Assembly (NCBI RefSeq): GCF_902652985.1
Contig: NC_047021.1
Location: 17,670,001-17,734,000, forward strand
Source of the DNA: Pecten maximus
Lineage: Eukaryota
Reading direction: 5' to 3'
Length of the DNA: 64,000 bases
Part shown: positions 24,621-38,914 of the stretch, piece by piece
Layout of the letters: every line of letters starts with the position of its first letter
Position numbering within the stretch: the first letter of the stretch is position 1
Position numbers and translations under genes: made by a program
Notes under the pieces: model-generated
The model's input: the letters and a program-made list of their open reading frames with translations, nothing else
Told to the model about the DNA's origin: nothing
Database searches by the model: none

Positions 24621-27471
24621 TAGATAATGTAGCATAAAGCCTTCAAGGTAATTAACATACAGCATTTTCAAATGGAAATCACAGTAATACTTCAACTGTG
24701 TGACTTCTCATAAATAGCTGTAATTGATACATATTTGCCTATTTATATACATCATTATACATACTGGTTTATAAATCAGGTCAGTGTGTCACACACCTGG
24801 AATCTGTGACTATTAGGGTCTTTATATGGTGTAGCTCCAGGAAATTATCGTAATGGGCATATATTGAGTTGAAATGAAATATTTATGTAACTCTAACCTG
24901 AGGGTATCAGGATGTTGTATTGATCCAATAGCATTACTGTAAAACACACCACATATCGGGATTGATTAAATAAATGAATAAGTAGATACATTATCAAGAG
25001 TTTTGTTTTGCAGAAACTAAGATGACAAATAGCATGATGAGACTGATTTAAGCATTCCAATTTGCTCTATACTTTTGGGGAAATGTTTCGTGAAATTGAA
25101 ATTGTAATGAACATGCTAACTTCTTATATAGATATTTTCTTTTTGTTTTAAGGGGAAAAATTGGATTAATTCCAAAATTTTCATCATTTCAAGGAGCTAT
25201 TTGGTAAGCAAAGGGAAATGCCGAGCCCATTGGAACTCTTCTTTGTTTGAAGATTGGTATGTGTGCTTTAACCTTTAGTGAAGACAGCAATAGAATTTTT
25301 TTTTCATTTTTTTAAAAATGTTACAATTCTAATCTAAAGCATGTATCTATTTGTATGTATATAAATTATAAAAGGATTAAACCACTAGCAGAAGATAACT
25401 TTTACAATGGCACAGATTTGAAAAAGTTTTATTTTGAATTTTTCAACTTTGCAAGGCTAGCTATTGCTTGAATAACTGTGTTCTGTTAGGTATGTAAATA
25501 TAAAATGTCTACACCTTAGATACATATACCTAACACTGTGATGTATCTATGAGAGTATACTGGTGTGTATATAGTCTTAATATCTCTTGAATGGTTCCAG
25601 TCAATATTACAGGAGCCTTTGAGCACTCCTCTTTGAAATGGTGGCCTTAAGTTGGTGTCAGGTGTTCATGGGGAGTTCTATTTACCTAGGTAGGTTGATA
25701 ACAGTCATACCTAGGACCTAGAACTTATGCAATATGTAATTAAAACTTGTGTATAGCAGTAATGGTGCCCTGATTTTAACATCCTGGATCCTACTCCAGA
25801 CCCTCTACTACACCTTATTGCTCCATAGCTGTCAAGTGTTTATCAGACTATGGCTAATATTGATGTAGAAGTTGAACAGTGAATATCAGAGTACTGTTCA
25901 GGTGGCTTTTGGATACTGGTTTCTCCCTTGGTACATATGATTTTTGCTGTTTCGAAAGAATTAATACAAAAAACATAACAAGCTGAGTAACATTCACACC
26001 TACACATCACAAGTTTTGTTACTTGGATTTGTAGAAAGAGGTGGAAACCAACCACCAAATTTAGATTGAAACAATGTCCTACAAATTCAGTTAGTAATTA
26101 ATATAGATTTATCAAATGATGTCACATTACAATATGAAGAAATTAATGATACAGGTAATGACACCATTTGTTTTCCTTCAGGTAACAAAAAAACCAAAAC
26201 TATTTGTCCGAGGTATTGGGATAATATTTAAACTGTTAATTAAATGTTTGATAAGTTGTCATATACCCTGTAATATATGATATACATAATGTACATCAGT
26301 TTTAGTTTCATGAGATTTATAAAATTCATAACAATTTTTTTCATCATCAGAGGCACAGAAACAAAACAAAAATCTTTGACCCAATTCACCAATATCCTAT
26401 GAAATTGAAACTTCTGACCGTACCAAATTTTGGATATAATTCTCTGTGGTCATTGATTTGGACAGATTTTTTTCCCTCCATTGAACTGTTATATAAATCA
26501 GTAATCAATTAATAGCCAGAACCGGTACAATGTAGTATAAAATGCCTTTATGGCTGAATAGCTATTTATGTATCACAGGTACTCCTCTGATGATATCAGT
26601 GTGACTTGTGTGCTGTTCCTATTAATTAAATCGTACAATGTATTCACAGAACACCATTTATAATTGATTTAAGTGTCAATAACATCTAAATTTAAACCAT
26701 GAGAGTTCTTACTGATAAAATACAGAGTGGATAGTCTCTATAACTAGTTAACATGATTATGTGTGAATTTTACATTTATAGTCTTCATCAAGCTATTTTC
26801 TAAATTAATTACTTAACCTTCTTTTGTCCAACTTCAGATTACTAATTGGCAAGTTAATTGTGCTATCTGCCCTCAAGGTATCTGGACTTTTGAAACATAA
26901 TAATTAAAACATACACATATTGTATGTTCAAGATTCAAAATTAAATTTTTTTTTTTAAATATCCTGAAATATGATGAAGTTGCAGACCACCTTTTAATTC
27001 TATAATGATGATTATCTACAAGAAAGCTTATTTTCCTACTGGATAAATAACTAAATAAAAATATATGTATATATAAAGGGTTTAATTATATATCTGAAAA
27101 TTTAAATAATAATTTTGATCATTGAATGTAGAATTGAATATACTTCTGATATGAGAATAGTACTTTTTCCTATCTGATTTGTTAAGGAAACAATGGAAAA
27201 ACTAAAGTAATTCATTCTCCAATGACTTGTAGATTTTGTACTCTTATAACACTCCTTAACCTGTCCCTGGTTATTTTAAGGTCTGATGATGTTCACAAAA
27301 CCTAAATTGGGAGAAAAGCCTTCTGAGATTGATCGATCAGATATAATAAGATATATTTCTCTGTGTTAACCAAGTTTTATGTTTCGTATAGCAATACACA
27401 TGTAACTTACTGCTGTCATCCAGTGACATCAGTTTATCCGGAAATATTTGTTGGTTCCTATCTAAATAAAG

Positions 27472-27690
27472 AGGACCACGATATCTCAGTCGGTTAGAGT
27501 GCTGACCACATAACCTCAGGTGGTGATTCTCCCTGACCATGTTGGTTTGTGTTTCTTGGGAAGCTGAGAAACAGACAGGTCTGTACTGTCCTGTCGTGGT
27601 GGTGTCCTTGGACACTTTAACCTAATTGCTCTGTTGTTCTGTGGGGTAGTCACCAACTACTACAAGGAGACTTTGGTTTGGTTTGTTTTT
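27472..27690 (+). mobile_element. Degenerate tRNA-headed SINE (CORE-like)
   Basis: A-box-like ATCTCAGTCGGTTAGAGTG; CORE-like GTGTCCTTGGACACTTTAACC...TTGCTC. Confidence 0.5.
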
Positions 27691-27705
27691 GTTAAACAAA
27701 TATAA

Positions 27706-29461
27706 ACATCTATCGACCTAGGGCCAGTGTAACCATGTATCGACCTAGGGCCAGTATAACCATGTATCTACCTAGGGCCAGTATAACCATGTATCGACCT
27801 AGGGCCAGTATAACCATGTATTGACCTAGGGCCAGTATAACCATGTATTGACCTAGGGCAAGTATAACCATGTATTGACCTAGGGCCAGTATAACCATGT
27901 ATCGACCTAGGGCCAGTATAACCATGTATTGACCTAGGGCCAGTATAACCATCTACTGACCTAGGGCTAGTATAACCATCTAACGACCTAGGGCCAGTAC
28001 AACCATGTATCGACCTAGGGCCAGTATAACCATGTATCGACCTAGGGCCAGTATAACCATGTATCGACCTAGGGCTAGTATAACCATCTAACGACCTACG
28101 GCCAGTATAACCATGTATTGACCTAGGGCCAGTATAACATGTATTGACCTAGGGCCAGTATAACCATGTATTGACCTAGGGCCAGTGTAACCATGTATCG
28201 ACCTAGGGCCAGTATAACCATGTATCGACCTAGGGCCAGTATAACCATGTATCGACCTAGGGCCAGTATAACCATGTATTGACCTAGGGCCAGTATAACC
28301 ATGTATTGACCTAGGGCCAGTATAACCATGTATCGACCTAGGGCCAGTATAACCATGTATTGACCTAGGACCAGTATAACCATGTATTGACCTAGGGCCA
28401 GTATAACCATGTATCGACCTAGGGCCAGTATAACCATGTATCGACCTAGGGCCAGTATAACCAATTGTATCGACCTAGGGCCAGTATAACATGTATTGAC
28501 CTAGGGCCAGTATAACCATGTATCGACCTAGGGCCAGTATAACCATGTATCGACCTAGGGCCAGTATAACCATGTATCGACCTAGGGCCAGTATAACCAT
28601 GTATCGACCTAGGGCCAATATAACCATGTATCGACCTAGGGCCAGTATAACCATGTATCGACCTAGGGCCAGTATAACCATGTATCGACCTAGGGCCAGT
28701 ATAACTATCTATCGACCTAGGGCCAGTATAACCATGGATTGACCTAGGGCCAGTATAACCATGGATCGACCTAGGGCCAGTATAACCATGTATCGACCTA
28801 GGGCCAGTATAACCATGTATCAACCTAGGGCCAGTATAACCATGTATCAACCTAGGGCCAGTATAACCATGTATTGACCTAGGGCCAGTATAACCATGTA
28901 TCGACCTAGGGCCAGTATAACCATGTATCGACCTAGGGCCAGTATAACCATGTATCGACCTAGGGCCAGTATAACCATGTATCGACCTAGGGCAAATATA
29001 ACCATGTATCGACCTAGGGCTAGTATAACCATGTATCGACCTAGGGCCAGTATAACCATGTATCGACCTAGGGCAAATATAACCATGTATCGACCTAGGG
29101 CCAGTATAACCATGTATTGACCTAGGGCCAGTATAACCATGTATCGACCTAGGGCCAGTATAACCATGTATTGACCTAGGGCCAGTATACCCATGTATTG
29201 ACCTAGGGCCAGTATTCCCATGTATTGACCTAGGACCAGTATAACTATCTATCGACCTAGGGCCAGTATAACCATGTATCAACCTAGGGCCAGTATAACC
29301 ATGTATCGACCTAGGGCCAGTATAACCATGTATCGACCTAGGGCCAGTATAACCATGTATCGACCTAGGGCCAGTATAACCATGTATCGACCGGTAGGGC
29401 CAGTATAACCATGTATCGACCTAGGCCCTAGGTCGATAGATGGTTATACTGGCCCTAGGTC
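27706..29461. repeat. 27-bp minisatellite (CCATGTATCGACCTAGGGCCAGTATAA) ending in an inverted copy
   Basis: About 63 direct units, then ~1.3 inverted units at 29427-29461. Confidence 0.97.
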
Positions 29462-30319
29462 TATATATGATGATGAATGTTACAGCTAGATCATGCACAT
29501 TGAAGGTTTCTGACATATGTTCTACAGTTTTGTATACCAGTGTAATAGAACAGTATTGTGAAAACAATAAATAGGCAAAATGTCTAAAATTCATGGTGAA
29601 AGATACGCAGATAAGATATCTTTATACAGCTAGGCAGATAAGTATGAAGAGACCTGTAACAGATTACTGACAAAACTATACATGGCATTATGATTACGAC
29701 TGTGAAGATAAATGACCATCCTCCCAGACAGAGTCGAAGGCCACGGTCCATATAACCAATGACTTCAGCCATGGCAAGTTCTACATTGTAATGACAAGAT
29801 AATTAAGGATCAACTCACCCTAAAAAACAGACCTATTCAAGATAACGCTTTAAAGTTGTTACAGAAAACATAAGACATTTTGACTTGGAAGTATCAAACC
29901 TGATCTTGACCTATTGACAAATATGCCATAGAGACACAGTGAGTACAAAACCAGGTGTCTGTACTGAGGCTGTCTACATTGAAGACACATTGACATTCCA
30001 ACTTCTGACAATAAATACATGTATGACTTCTGTATCTAGGAGTAGGAGCACATTGAAAAGAACATCTACAAGTTGGATATTACAACAGAGTACTATAGTA
30101 TTACTACATTTTAGGAAAAGCAAGACTTCTATTTCTATTTCCGGTGTATATTTGTATGTCATGTGATATCTTTGTACATTAGGTCTCTTATTGGCAATAT
30201 GTCACAATCGGCCTTCAGGAATCAGGGTGTGTATTTTAATAACAGGAAATCAACACCCTTATGCATCACCCTGCAGTCTGAGCCTTCATAAGTCTTTATA
30301 TATATCTAATGACAAAAAA

Positions 30320-31325
30320 TCCATGACCCTTATATATCAATTAGAGACACTAACCACTAAGCCTCCAGAACTATGACACGAAACCCTCATACATCAGCCA
30401 GAGACACTAACCACTAAGCCTACCCTGGTATGACAGGGAACCCATGACCCTCATACATCAAATACAGAGACACTAACCACTAAGCCTCCATGAGTATGAC
30501 AGGGAACCCATGACCCTCATACATCAAATACAGAGACACTAACCACTGAGCCTCCATGAGTATGACAGGGAACCCATGACCCTCATACATCAAATACAGA
30601 GACACTAACCACTGAGCCTACCCTGGTATGACAGGGAACCCATGACCCTCATACATCAAATACAGAGACACTAACCACTGAGCCTACCCTGGTATGACAG
30701 GGAACCCATGACCCTCATACATCAAATACAGAGACACTAACCACTGAGCCTCCATGAGTATGACAGGGAACCCATGACCCTCATACATCAAATACAGAGA
30801 CACTAACCACTGAGCCTACCCTGGTATGACAGGGAACCCATGACCCTCATACATCAAAAACAGAGACACTAACCACTGAGCCTCCATGCGTATGACAGGG
30901 AACCCATGACCCTCATACATCAAATACAGAGACACTAACCACTGAGCCTCCATGAGTATGACAGGGAACCCATGACCCTCATACATCAAATACAGAGACA
31001 CTAACCACTGAGCCTCCATGAGTATGACAGGGAACCCATGACCCTCATACATCAAATTCAGAGACACTAACCACTGAGCCTCCATGAGTATGACAGGGAA
31101 CCCATGACCCTCATACATCAAATTCAGAGACACTAACCACTGAGCCTCCATGAGTATGACAGGGAACCCATGACCCTCATACATCAAATTCAGAGACACG
31201 AACCTGTAACTTTATGCATCAACCACCACTTCTAGCTGAGCCTTTAGGGATTCTTTATATATAGCCAATGATGTAAAACCCATGACCCTCATACATCAGT
31301 CAGAGAAACTAACCACTGAGCCTTT
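30320..31325 (-). repeat. 66-bp tandem repeat with tRNA-like unit
   Basis: About 12 homogeneous units plus degenerate flanking units. The minus-strand unit contains GGCTCAGTGGTTAG and GAGGGTCATGGGTTC. Confidence 0.9.
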
Positions 31326-31699
31326 AGGGTTTCTTTATATATCCAATTACAGGAAACACGTTGAAAGTGATGGGATTTCTTGGCCCTTCTTATCTGCATT
31401 GATTACCTTGAAAACAGCATTTCTATCAGTGACAATGTTCCTTGTATATCCATATGGTATTGGCATATGAGGCACTTATGACCCATAATGACCCCGGTAA
31501 AGCGTTCACTGTCCCCATGCCTGCATCTGACAGTGACAGGGGAAATCAAAGCTTCTTGTCTCTGTGAATATCAATCGAAGCAATTCCTGTGAGCATCTGT
31601 GAGTTCCTATAAATATTTGTCACAAAAACTTGAAGCATAACAACTGTGGGTTTATTTTAAAATTTTACCACTATCATCCTTTCTCCTCTTTAAGCCTCT

Positions 31700-32010
31700 T
31701 TTAAACTGGCCCCTGTATTTATTGACATATCTTTTAAACAGTCTTAAAGTCAGTACACATGGACTGGCCCCTGTATTTACTGACACCTCTTTAAATTGTT
31801 CTAAAATCAGAACACATGTACTGGCCCCTGTATTTACTGACGCCTCTTTAAACTGATTTAAAATTGGTACACATGGACTGGCCCCTGTATTTACTGACGC
31901 CTCTTTAAACTGTCTTAAAGTCAGTACACATGGACTGGCCCCTGTATTTACTGACGCCTCTTTAAACTGTTTTAAAATCAGTACACATGTACTGGCCCTT
32001 GTATTTACTG
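31700..32010. repeat. 57-bp tandem repeat (CTGGCCCCTGTATTTACTGAC...)
   Basis: About 5.5 units. Confidence 0.9.
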
Positions 32011-32619
32011 ATGACTATTTTACTGACAGAAGGAACTATACACCATTTGTAATGCATGGCAAATGATAGAAATCTCACAAGGATTTCACTACCATATGGC
32101 AGTGTTACGATGTGATCATTGATGTATGACTTGGTTTCAGCTCTCAGTAAAATAATGATCATTGGAACATTATATCATTTGCATTTGAAAACCTGATTAA
32201 CAATTATCAGTCTTTCTTATCAAGGATGTGTGTACAAAATAAATTACTGTACATTTTAGTGTAATTGACAATAGATTTACAGCCAGCATGCTTTTTGATT
32301 TTTAATTTCCTTCCTGATAACAATACAAATAAAAAAGATTGAGCAACACATTAAAATTTGTTTTCATGGCACCAACTGTATGATGGAGGGTGATAATTGG
32401 ATATGTTGTACAAGTGGATTGGTCCCTACCACGAAACATAGAACACAAAAAAATATGACATAAAACGACAGTATTACATCATAGTCGAACATCATTCAGA
32501 GCCTAACAGCCACATAGCGTGGGCTCAGCTTTGATTCGTTCACATAAGAATATTCAATAAGTTGGGCTTATATCCCTATCTCTGTATTTCCCCTTAGTTA
32601 GCCCAAATAGGTCATTGAA

Positions 32620-32850
32620 CTGGAATTCATTCATAGCTCAATGACCCCTCCACCTGGGATCTTTCCCTTTTCTATTTGTCCTTAAACCTAAATTCATTCA
32701 TAGCCCAATGAACCCTCCAGCAGGGACTTTTTCTTGTAAATCGTCATCAAATTCATTCATAACCCAATGAACCCTCTTGCTGGGACTTTTCCCTGTAATT
32801 TGACATTAAATTCATTCATAGTCCTGTGATCCATATTTCTGGGAATCTTC
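32620..32850. repeat. Degenerate ~60-65-bp tandem repeat (AATTCATTCATAGCCCAATGA...)
   Basis: Four diverged units. Confidence 0.7.
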
Positions 32851-33309
32851 CTTGTTTATGTGTGTATTAAGGTAAAATTAGTATCCTGGAAAGGCATCAG
32901 TCTTTCAGAGGATTGCTTATTCCAGCAACACAGCCAGTCTTCTATCTGTAGGCAGCAAAACTCAATAAGTGACACATCTTATACATGTATATACAAAGTT
33001 TAGTCAGCTTAAAAAAGGATACATATACATTTAAGATGTTATAGTTTTCATCGTTAGATTTTGGCATATACGCCTGTTTTCTTGTGTGCAATCTATGTAC
33101 ATGTATTTGCTGATTTGTTTAAAACCCCAATTAAATTGTTGAAAACTCTAATGCTAAGAACTGTTAAGACCCTTCAGAACTAGGCATAACCTGACATAAT
33201 ATTCCTCCCAAACCTGAATACCCCCTGTAACTCAAGTACTGTCCTTTTAACTGTGGTGAGATGGGGAATAGACTGGCTAATCATAGGGGTTATTCAGATA
33301 GACTATAAT

Positions 33310-34380
33310 AATACATGGGTTACTGGTGTAATATCACAGGATCCTTTGTGATATATGAGGTGGGTTACTTTGTAATATTACTGAGGTATTTTGTGAGATA
33401 TGAGATGGGTTTTTCGTGTAATATCACAGGGTTATTTTGTGCGATATGAGATGAGTTTTCAGTGTAATATTACAGGAATTATCACTAGTGAGATGTGAGA
33501 TGGGTTACTCTTCCATGGTGTAATATTAGAGGAATCATTTGTGAGATATGAGATGGGTTATTGGTGTGATATTACAGTAATCATTTGTGAGATGGGTTAT
33601 TGGTGTAATACTACAGGAATTTTTTGTGCGATGGGTTGCTGGTGTACTATAACAGGGTACTTTTGTGAGATGGGTTATTGGTGTACTATAACAGGGTACT
33701 TTTGTGAGATGGGTTATTGGTGTACTATAACAGGGTGCTTTTGTGAGATGGGTTATTGGTGTACTATAACAGGGTGCTTTTGTGAGATGGGTTGCTGGTG
33801 TACTATAACAGGGTGCTTTTGTGAGATGGGTTATTGGTGTAATACTACAGGAATTTTTTGTGAGATGGGTTGCTGGTGTACTATAACAGGAATTATTTAT
33901 GAGATGGGTTATTGGTGTACTATAACAGGGTACTTTTGTGAGGTGGGTTATTGGTGTACTATAACAGGGTACTTTTGTGAGATGGGTTATTGGTGTACTA
34001 TAACAGGGTACTTTTGTGAGATGGGTTATTGGTGTACTATAACAGGGTACTTTTGTGAGATGGGTTATTGGTGTACTATAACAGGGTGCTTTTGTGAGAT
34101 GGGTTATTGGTGTACTATAACAGGGTGCTTTTGTGAGATGGGTTATTGGTGTACTATAACAGGGTGCTTTTGTGAGATGGGTTATTGGTGTACTATAACA
34201 GGGTGCTTTTGTGAGATGGGTTATTGGTGTAATACTACAGGAATTTTTTGTGAGATGGGTTGCTGGTGTACTATAACAGGGTGCTTTTGTGAGATGGGTT
34301 ATTGGTGTAATACTACAGGAATTTTTTGTGAGATGGGTTGCTGGTGTACTATAACAGGAATTATTTATGAGATGGATTAC
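33310..34380. repeat. 39-bp minisatellite (TGTGAGATGGGTTATTGGTGTACTATAACAGGGTGCTTT)
   Basis: Homogeneous from ~33580 and degenerate to the left; produces the Cys-rich 286-aa ORF. Confidence 0.95.
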
Positions 34381-34384
34381 TTTA

Positions 34385-35848
34385 ACTATAACTTTAACTA
34401 AGTGGGCATGAGAGTATTAATCACTGAGGTTTATAACTTTAACTAAGTGGGCATGAGAGTATTTATCACTGAGGTTTATAACTTTAACTAAGGGGTCTGA
34501 GAGTATTTATCACTGAGGTTTATAACTTTAACTAAGGGGGTCTGAGAGTATTTATCACTGAGGTTTATAACTTTAACTGAGGGGGTCTGAGAGTATTTAT
34601 CACTGAGGTTTATAACCTTAACTGAGGGGGTCTGAGAGTATTTATCACTGAGGTTTATAACTTTAACTGAGGGGGTCTGAGAGTATTTATCACTGAGGTT
34701 TATAACTTTAACTGAGGGGGTCTGAGAGTATTTATCACTGAGGTTTATAACTTTAACTAAGGGGGTCTGAGAGTATTTATCACTGAGGTTTATAACTTTA
34801 ACTAAGGGGGTCTGAGAGTATTTATCACTGAGGTTTATAACCTTAACTAAGGAGTCTGAGAGTATTTATCACTGAGGTTTATAACCTTAACTAAGGGGGT
34901 CTGAGAGTATTTATCACTGAGGTTTATAACCTTAACTAAGGGGGTCTGAGAGTATTTATCACTGAGGTTTATAACCTTAACTAAGGGGTCTGAGAGTATT
35001 TATCACTGAGGTTTATAACCTTAACTAAGGGGGTCTGAGAGTATTTATCACTGAGGTTTATAACTTTAACTAAGGGGTCTGAGAGTATTTTTCACTGAGG
35101 TTTATAACCTTAACTAAGGGGGTCTGAGAGTATTTATCACTGAGGTTTATAACTTTAACTAAGGGGGTCTGAGAGTATTTATCACTGAGGTTTATAACTT
35201 TAACTAAGGGGGTCTGAGAGTATTTATCATTGAGGTTTATAACTTTAACTAAGGGGGTCTGAGAGTATTTTTCACTGAGGTTTATAACTTTAACTAAGGG
35301 GTCTGAGAGTATTTATCACTGAGGTTTATAACTTTAACTAAGGGGGTCTGAGAGTATTTATCATTGAGGTTTATAACTTTAACTAAGGGGGTCTAGAGTA
35401 TTTATCACTGAGGTTTATAACTTTAACTGAGGGGGTCTGAGAGTATTTTTCACTGAGGTTTATAACTTTAACTAAGGGGGTCTGAGAGTATTTATCACTG
35501 AGGTTTATAACCTTAACTAAGGGGTCTGAGAGTATTCATCACTGAGGTTTATAACTTTAACTAAGGGGGTCTGAGAGTATTTATCACTGGGGTTTATAAC
35601 CTTAACTAAGGGGTCTGAGAGTATTAATCACTGAGATTTATAACTTTAACTAAGGGGGTCTGAGAGTATTTATTACTGAGGTTTATTACCTTAACTAAGG
35701 GGTCTGAGAGTATTTATTACTGAGGTTTATAACTTTAACTAAGGGGTCTGAGACCAGTTATCACTGAGGTTTAACTATAAGGGGGTCTGAGAGTATTTTT
35801 CACTGAGGTTTATAAACTAATCATAACTGTAACTAAGGGGGTCTGAGA
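34385..35848. repeat. 44/45-bp minisatellite (TATAACTTTAACTAAGGGGGTCTGAGAGTATTTATCACTGAGGTT)
   Basis: About 32 units directly abutting the 39-bp array. Confidence 0.97.
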
Positions 35849-36171
35849 TAATAGTGTACATTCCACAAGAAAATTATTCCTTTTCCACAATGACTCATAT
35901 CCATGACAACTTCAGACAAACCAACCAAATATGGTTATTTGAGGCCGAATGATGTAATAGCTGTAGTGATTTACATTGCTTTCAGTTGTAACATTGGACT
36001 ATGTAAAGGTATGATGCAAGGTCATATGACCCAATGTGACTATAATTCTGAGACTCAGGCATGGCCATGTTCATGGTCACTTTACTACTAGAAGAACTAT
36101 GTTTGACTTTTCCTTTACACATAGAGTTTATTCAGTTTTGTATTGACTGTTAATAACATCATGCTAGCCTT

Positions 36172-36910
36172 AAGAGGCCCAGAGGGTCTGTATTGCTCAC
36201 CTGGTTTATTTGATCAAACATCAAAATAATGTTTATGTTCCATTTGCTAATAGCTTTATTTGTTGAATTTGTAAAAATTTGAATCCCAGCCTATGTGGGA
36301 TGTTACCACAGAAAAATCAATGTAATACATTGCTTAGTTCCAGAAAAGAAGTCATTAATATCAATATTTCCAAATGGACCCCTTTTGGCCCCGCCCCTTA
36401 GGCCCTCAGGGGGTCAGCCCCACCATTTGTGCAATTTCGAAGCCCTACTCAATAAGGATGCTACCAGTCAAATATGAGTGATATCGATTGTTTAGTTTCA
36501 GAGAAGAGGCCTTCTATATCAATTTAGCCAAATTGTCCCCTTTCGGCCCCGCCCCTCAAGGCTCCAAAGGGTCAACCCTCACCATTTGTACAATTTTGAA
36601 TCCCTACCCCATAAAGATGCTACCAGTCAAATAAGAGTGATATCCATTGCTTAGTTTCAGTGAAGAAGTTGTTTATATCAATTTAGCCAAATTGACCCCT
36701 TCTGGCTCCGCCCCTCAGGCCCCCAGGGGGTCAGCCCCACCATTTGTACAATTTTGTATCCCTACCCTATAAAGATGCTACCAGTCAGATATGAGCGATA
36801 TCCGTTGTTAAGTTTCAGAGAAGAAGAAGACCGACAAACGACAGACGGACGACAGATGCCACGGTATGGCATAAGCTCACTTTGGTCCTTTGGACCAGGT
36901 GAGCTAAAAA
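36172..36910 (-). mobile_element. Helentron-like non-autonomous element (HINE)
   Basis: Sub-terminal IRs GCTCACCTGG / CCAGGTGAGC, hairpins at both ends, GACA/GACG microsatellite and three internal ~160-165-bp repeats. Confidence 0.85.
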
Positions 36911-37184
36911 TAAACAAATTTCAGGATTTATCAAATCAATAATTCCCAATATAAAAAGATGTTTTTAAAAAAGAGTCATGATTTGATTCTAGAGAAAAAA
37001 CAATGTTTGATTTACAAGCAATAGTATAACAGAAAGTGTCACCAGCACAGTGATCTATTTACAGGTTAATAGAAAGTAGAGCTTATATGCACATAAGTAT
37101 AGAACTGTAGACATACATGATACATAGGAAGGAGTTATCGGTCAATACACACAGGTAGCTATAGAAGTGTAAGACAGATGAGTT

Positions 37185-37965
37185 ACCAGACAGGAAGTAG
37201 CTAAACATTTGGTCATTATAGACAGGAAGTAGTTAAAGGTTTGGTCTTTATAGACAGATAATAGATCAGAGTGGTGGCTTATAGACAGGAAGTAGTTAAA
37301 CATTTGGTCATTATAGACAGGAAGCAGTTAAACATTTGGTCTTAATAGACAGATAGTAGATCAGAGTGATGGCTTATAGACAGGAAGTAGTTAAACATTT
37401 GGTCTTTATAGACAGGTAGAAGTTCAGACGGGTGACTTATAGACAGGAAGTAGTTAAATGTTTGGTCTTTATAGACATGAAGCAGTTAAACATTTGGTCT
37501 TTATAGACAGGTAGTAGATCAGAGTGGTGACTTATAGACAGGAAGTAGTTAATTGTTTGGTCTTTATAGACAGGAAGCAGTTAAACATTTGGTCTTTATA
37601 GACAGGTAGTAGATCAGAGTGGTGACTTATAGACAGGAAGTAGTTAAACATTTGGTCTTTATAGACAGGAAGCAGTTAAACATTTGGTCTTTATAGACAG
37701 GTAGTAGATCAGAGTGGTGACTTATAGACAGGAAGTAGTTAAATGTTTGGTCTTTATAGACAGGTATTATATCAGACAGGTGACCTTATTCCCAGGAAGT
37801 AGTGAAACATTTATTCTTTATAGACAGGAAGTAGTTCAAAATGCTGACCTTCTCCACAAGAAGTAGTTAAACATTTGGTCTTTAAAGACAGGTAGTAGTT
37901 CAGACCGGTGACTTCATATCCAGGAAGTAGTTAACATTTATAGAAAGAGGACTTTATAGACAGTT
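37185..37965. repeat. Composite 31/32-bp minisatellite (TATAGACAGG-anchored, two subunit types)
   Basis: Units TATAGACAGGAAGTAGTTAAACATTTGGTCTT and TATAGACAGGTAGTAGATCAGAGTGGTGACT in a mostly 2:1 order. Confidence 0.9.
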
Positions 37966-38914
37966 TGTAGTAACAGATAGTGGTTACTTAGGCACAGAAT
38001 GTATCAGATAGTGACTGTATAGTAGGTACAGACAGATTTTACATGTATTACCAGATTCACTTAAGCTACCAAAAAGACTAAGGAGTCTAATTAATTAATA
38101 AACCATGATCTCATTTTCAACTTTCAGAAAAGTAAATTTGGATAACTATGTTTCAAGACTTTAATTAAGAAATATAAGAAACGTGAATTTTTTTATAACT
38201 TATAGATACATTTGTTGCCAGAGCTCATAAAGACATGTGGTGATTTCATCCTTTAAGCTTAAACTTCAGATTGTCTCTACAGAGCCAGCTAAACCTAAAC
38301 TATACTCTCAGATCAATCTATTCTATATAAATGCTCTTTACAGTAATCCAGTTTTGTTGATAAGTATAATATCTGTTTTACATGGGAAATCAATAAAACT
38401 CCTTTATGTGCATGTTACAGAATGGTGAATCAGAGTTCTCCACAAAATGTTCTCTCTTATCAAGTACCATAATTCACCAGCCTTTCTTTATGAACTTTTT
38501 ATGAAAACTGAATTCTAGTCATCTTCTGAAAATCATAAAACTGAATCTAATAGAATTACAGATCATTCTTTTTGAGTACGAGAGAATTTTTGATGATATA
38601 GTGTGATATATATGTATTGTCCTTTGAAGAGGTGGACATGGATTTTCATACACTTACTAAAACTGGTCTATTATTGACTTCAAAGTACATGATTTGATTA
38701 GCCAAAAATGGAATGATAATCAAGTAGTCTGTTTAAATGGAATAAAGGTACTAGATTGAGTGCAGTTTTCAGAATATATATTAATGTTAGGGTTATGTAA
38801 CCAGCAATTGTTTTTATCATTATGAAAAAGTAACACAATAAAATCAAAGCTTCATAAAGGGAGTTATCCATGTTTCCTTTCTCAAAGACTTCAATCATGC
38901 TATGTATTTTCTCC

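Noticed and set aside
29584-29772. 62-aa ORF with good Kozak context (MAEVIG...)
   Set aside because: No recognisable domain or supporting exon structure; a length expected by chance.
13582-31199. Long repetitive ORFs over the 34, 51, 17, 27 and 66-bp arrays as genes
   Set aside because: Their periodicity equals the DNA unit, they occur in several frames and strands, they are broken by unit indels, and no splice or start context supports them.
15130-35848. CRISPR-like arrays
   Set aside because: Units are head-to-tail with no unique spacers, there are no cas genes, and the context is eukaryotic.
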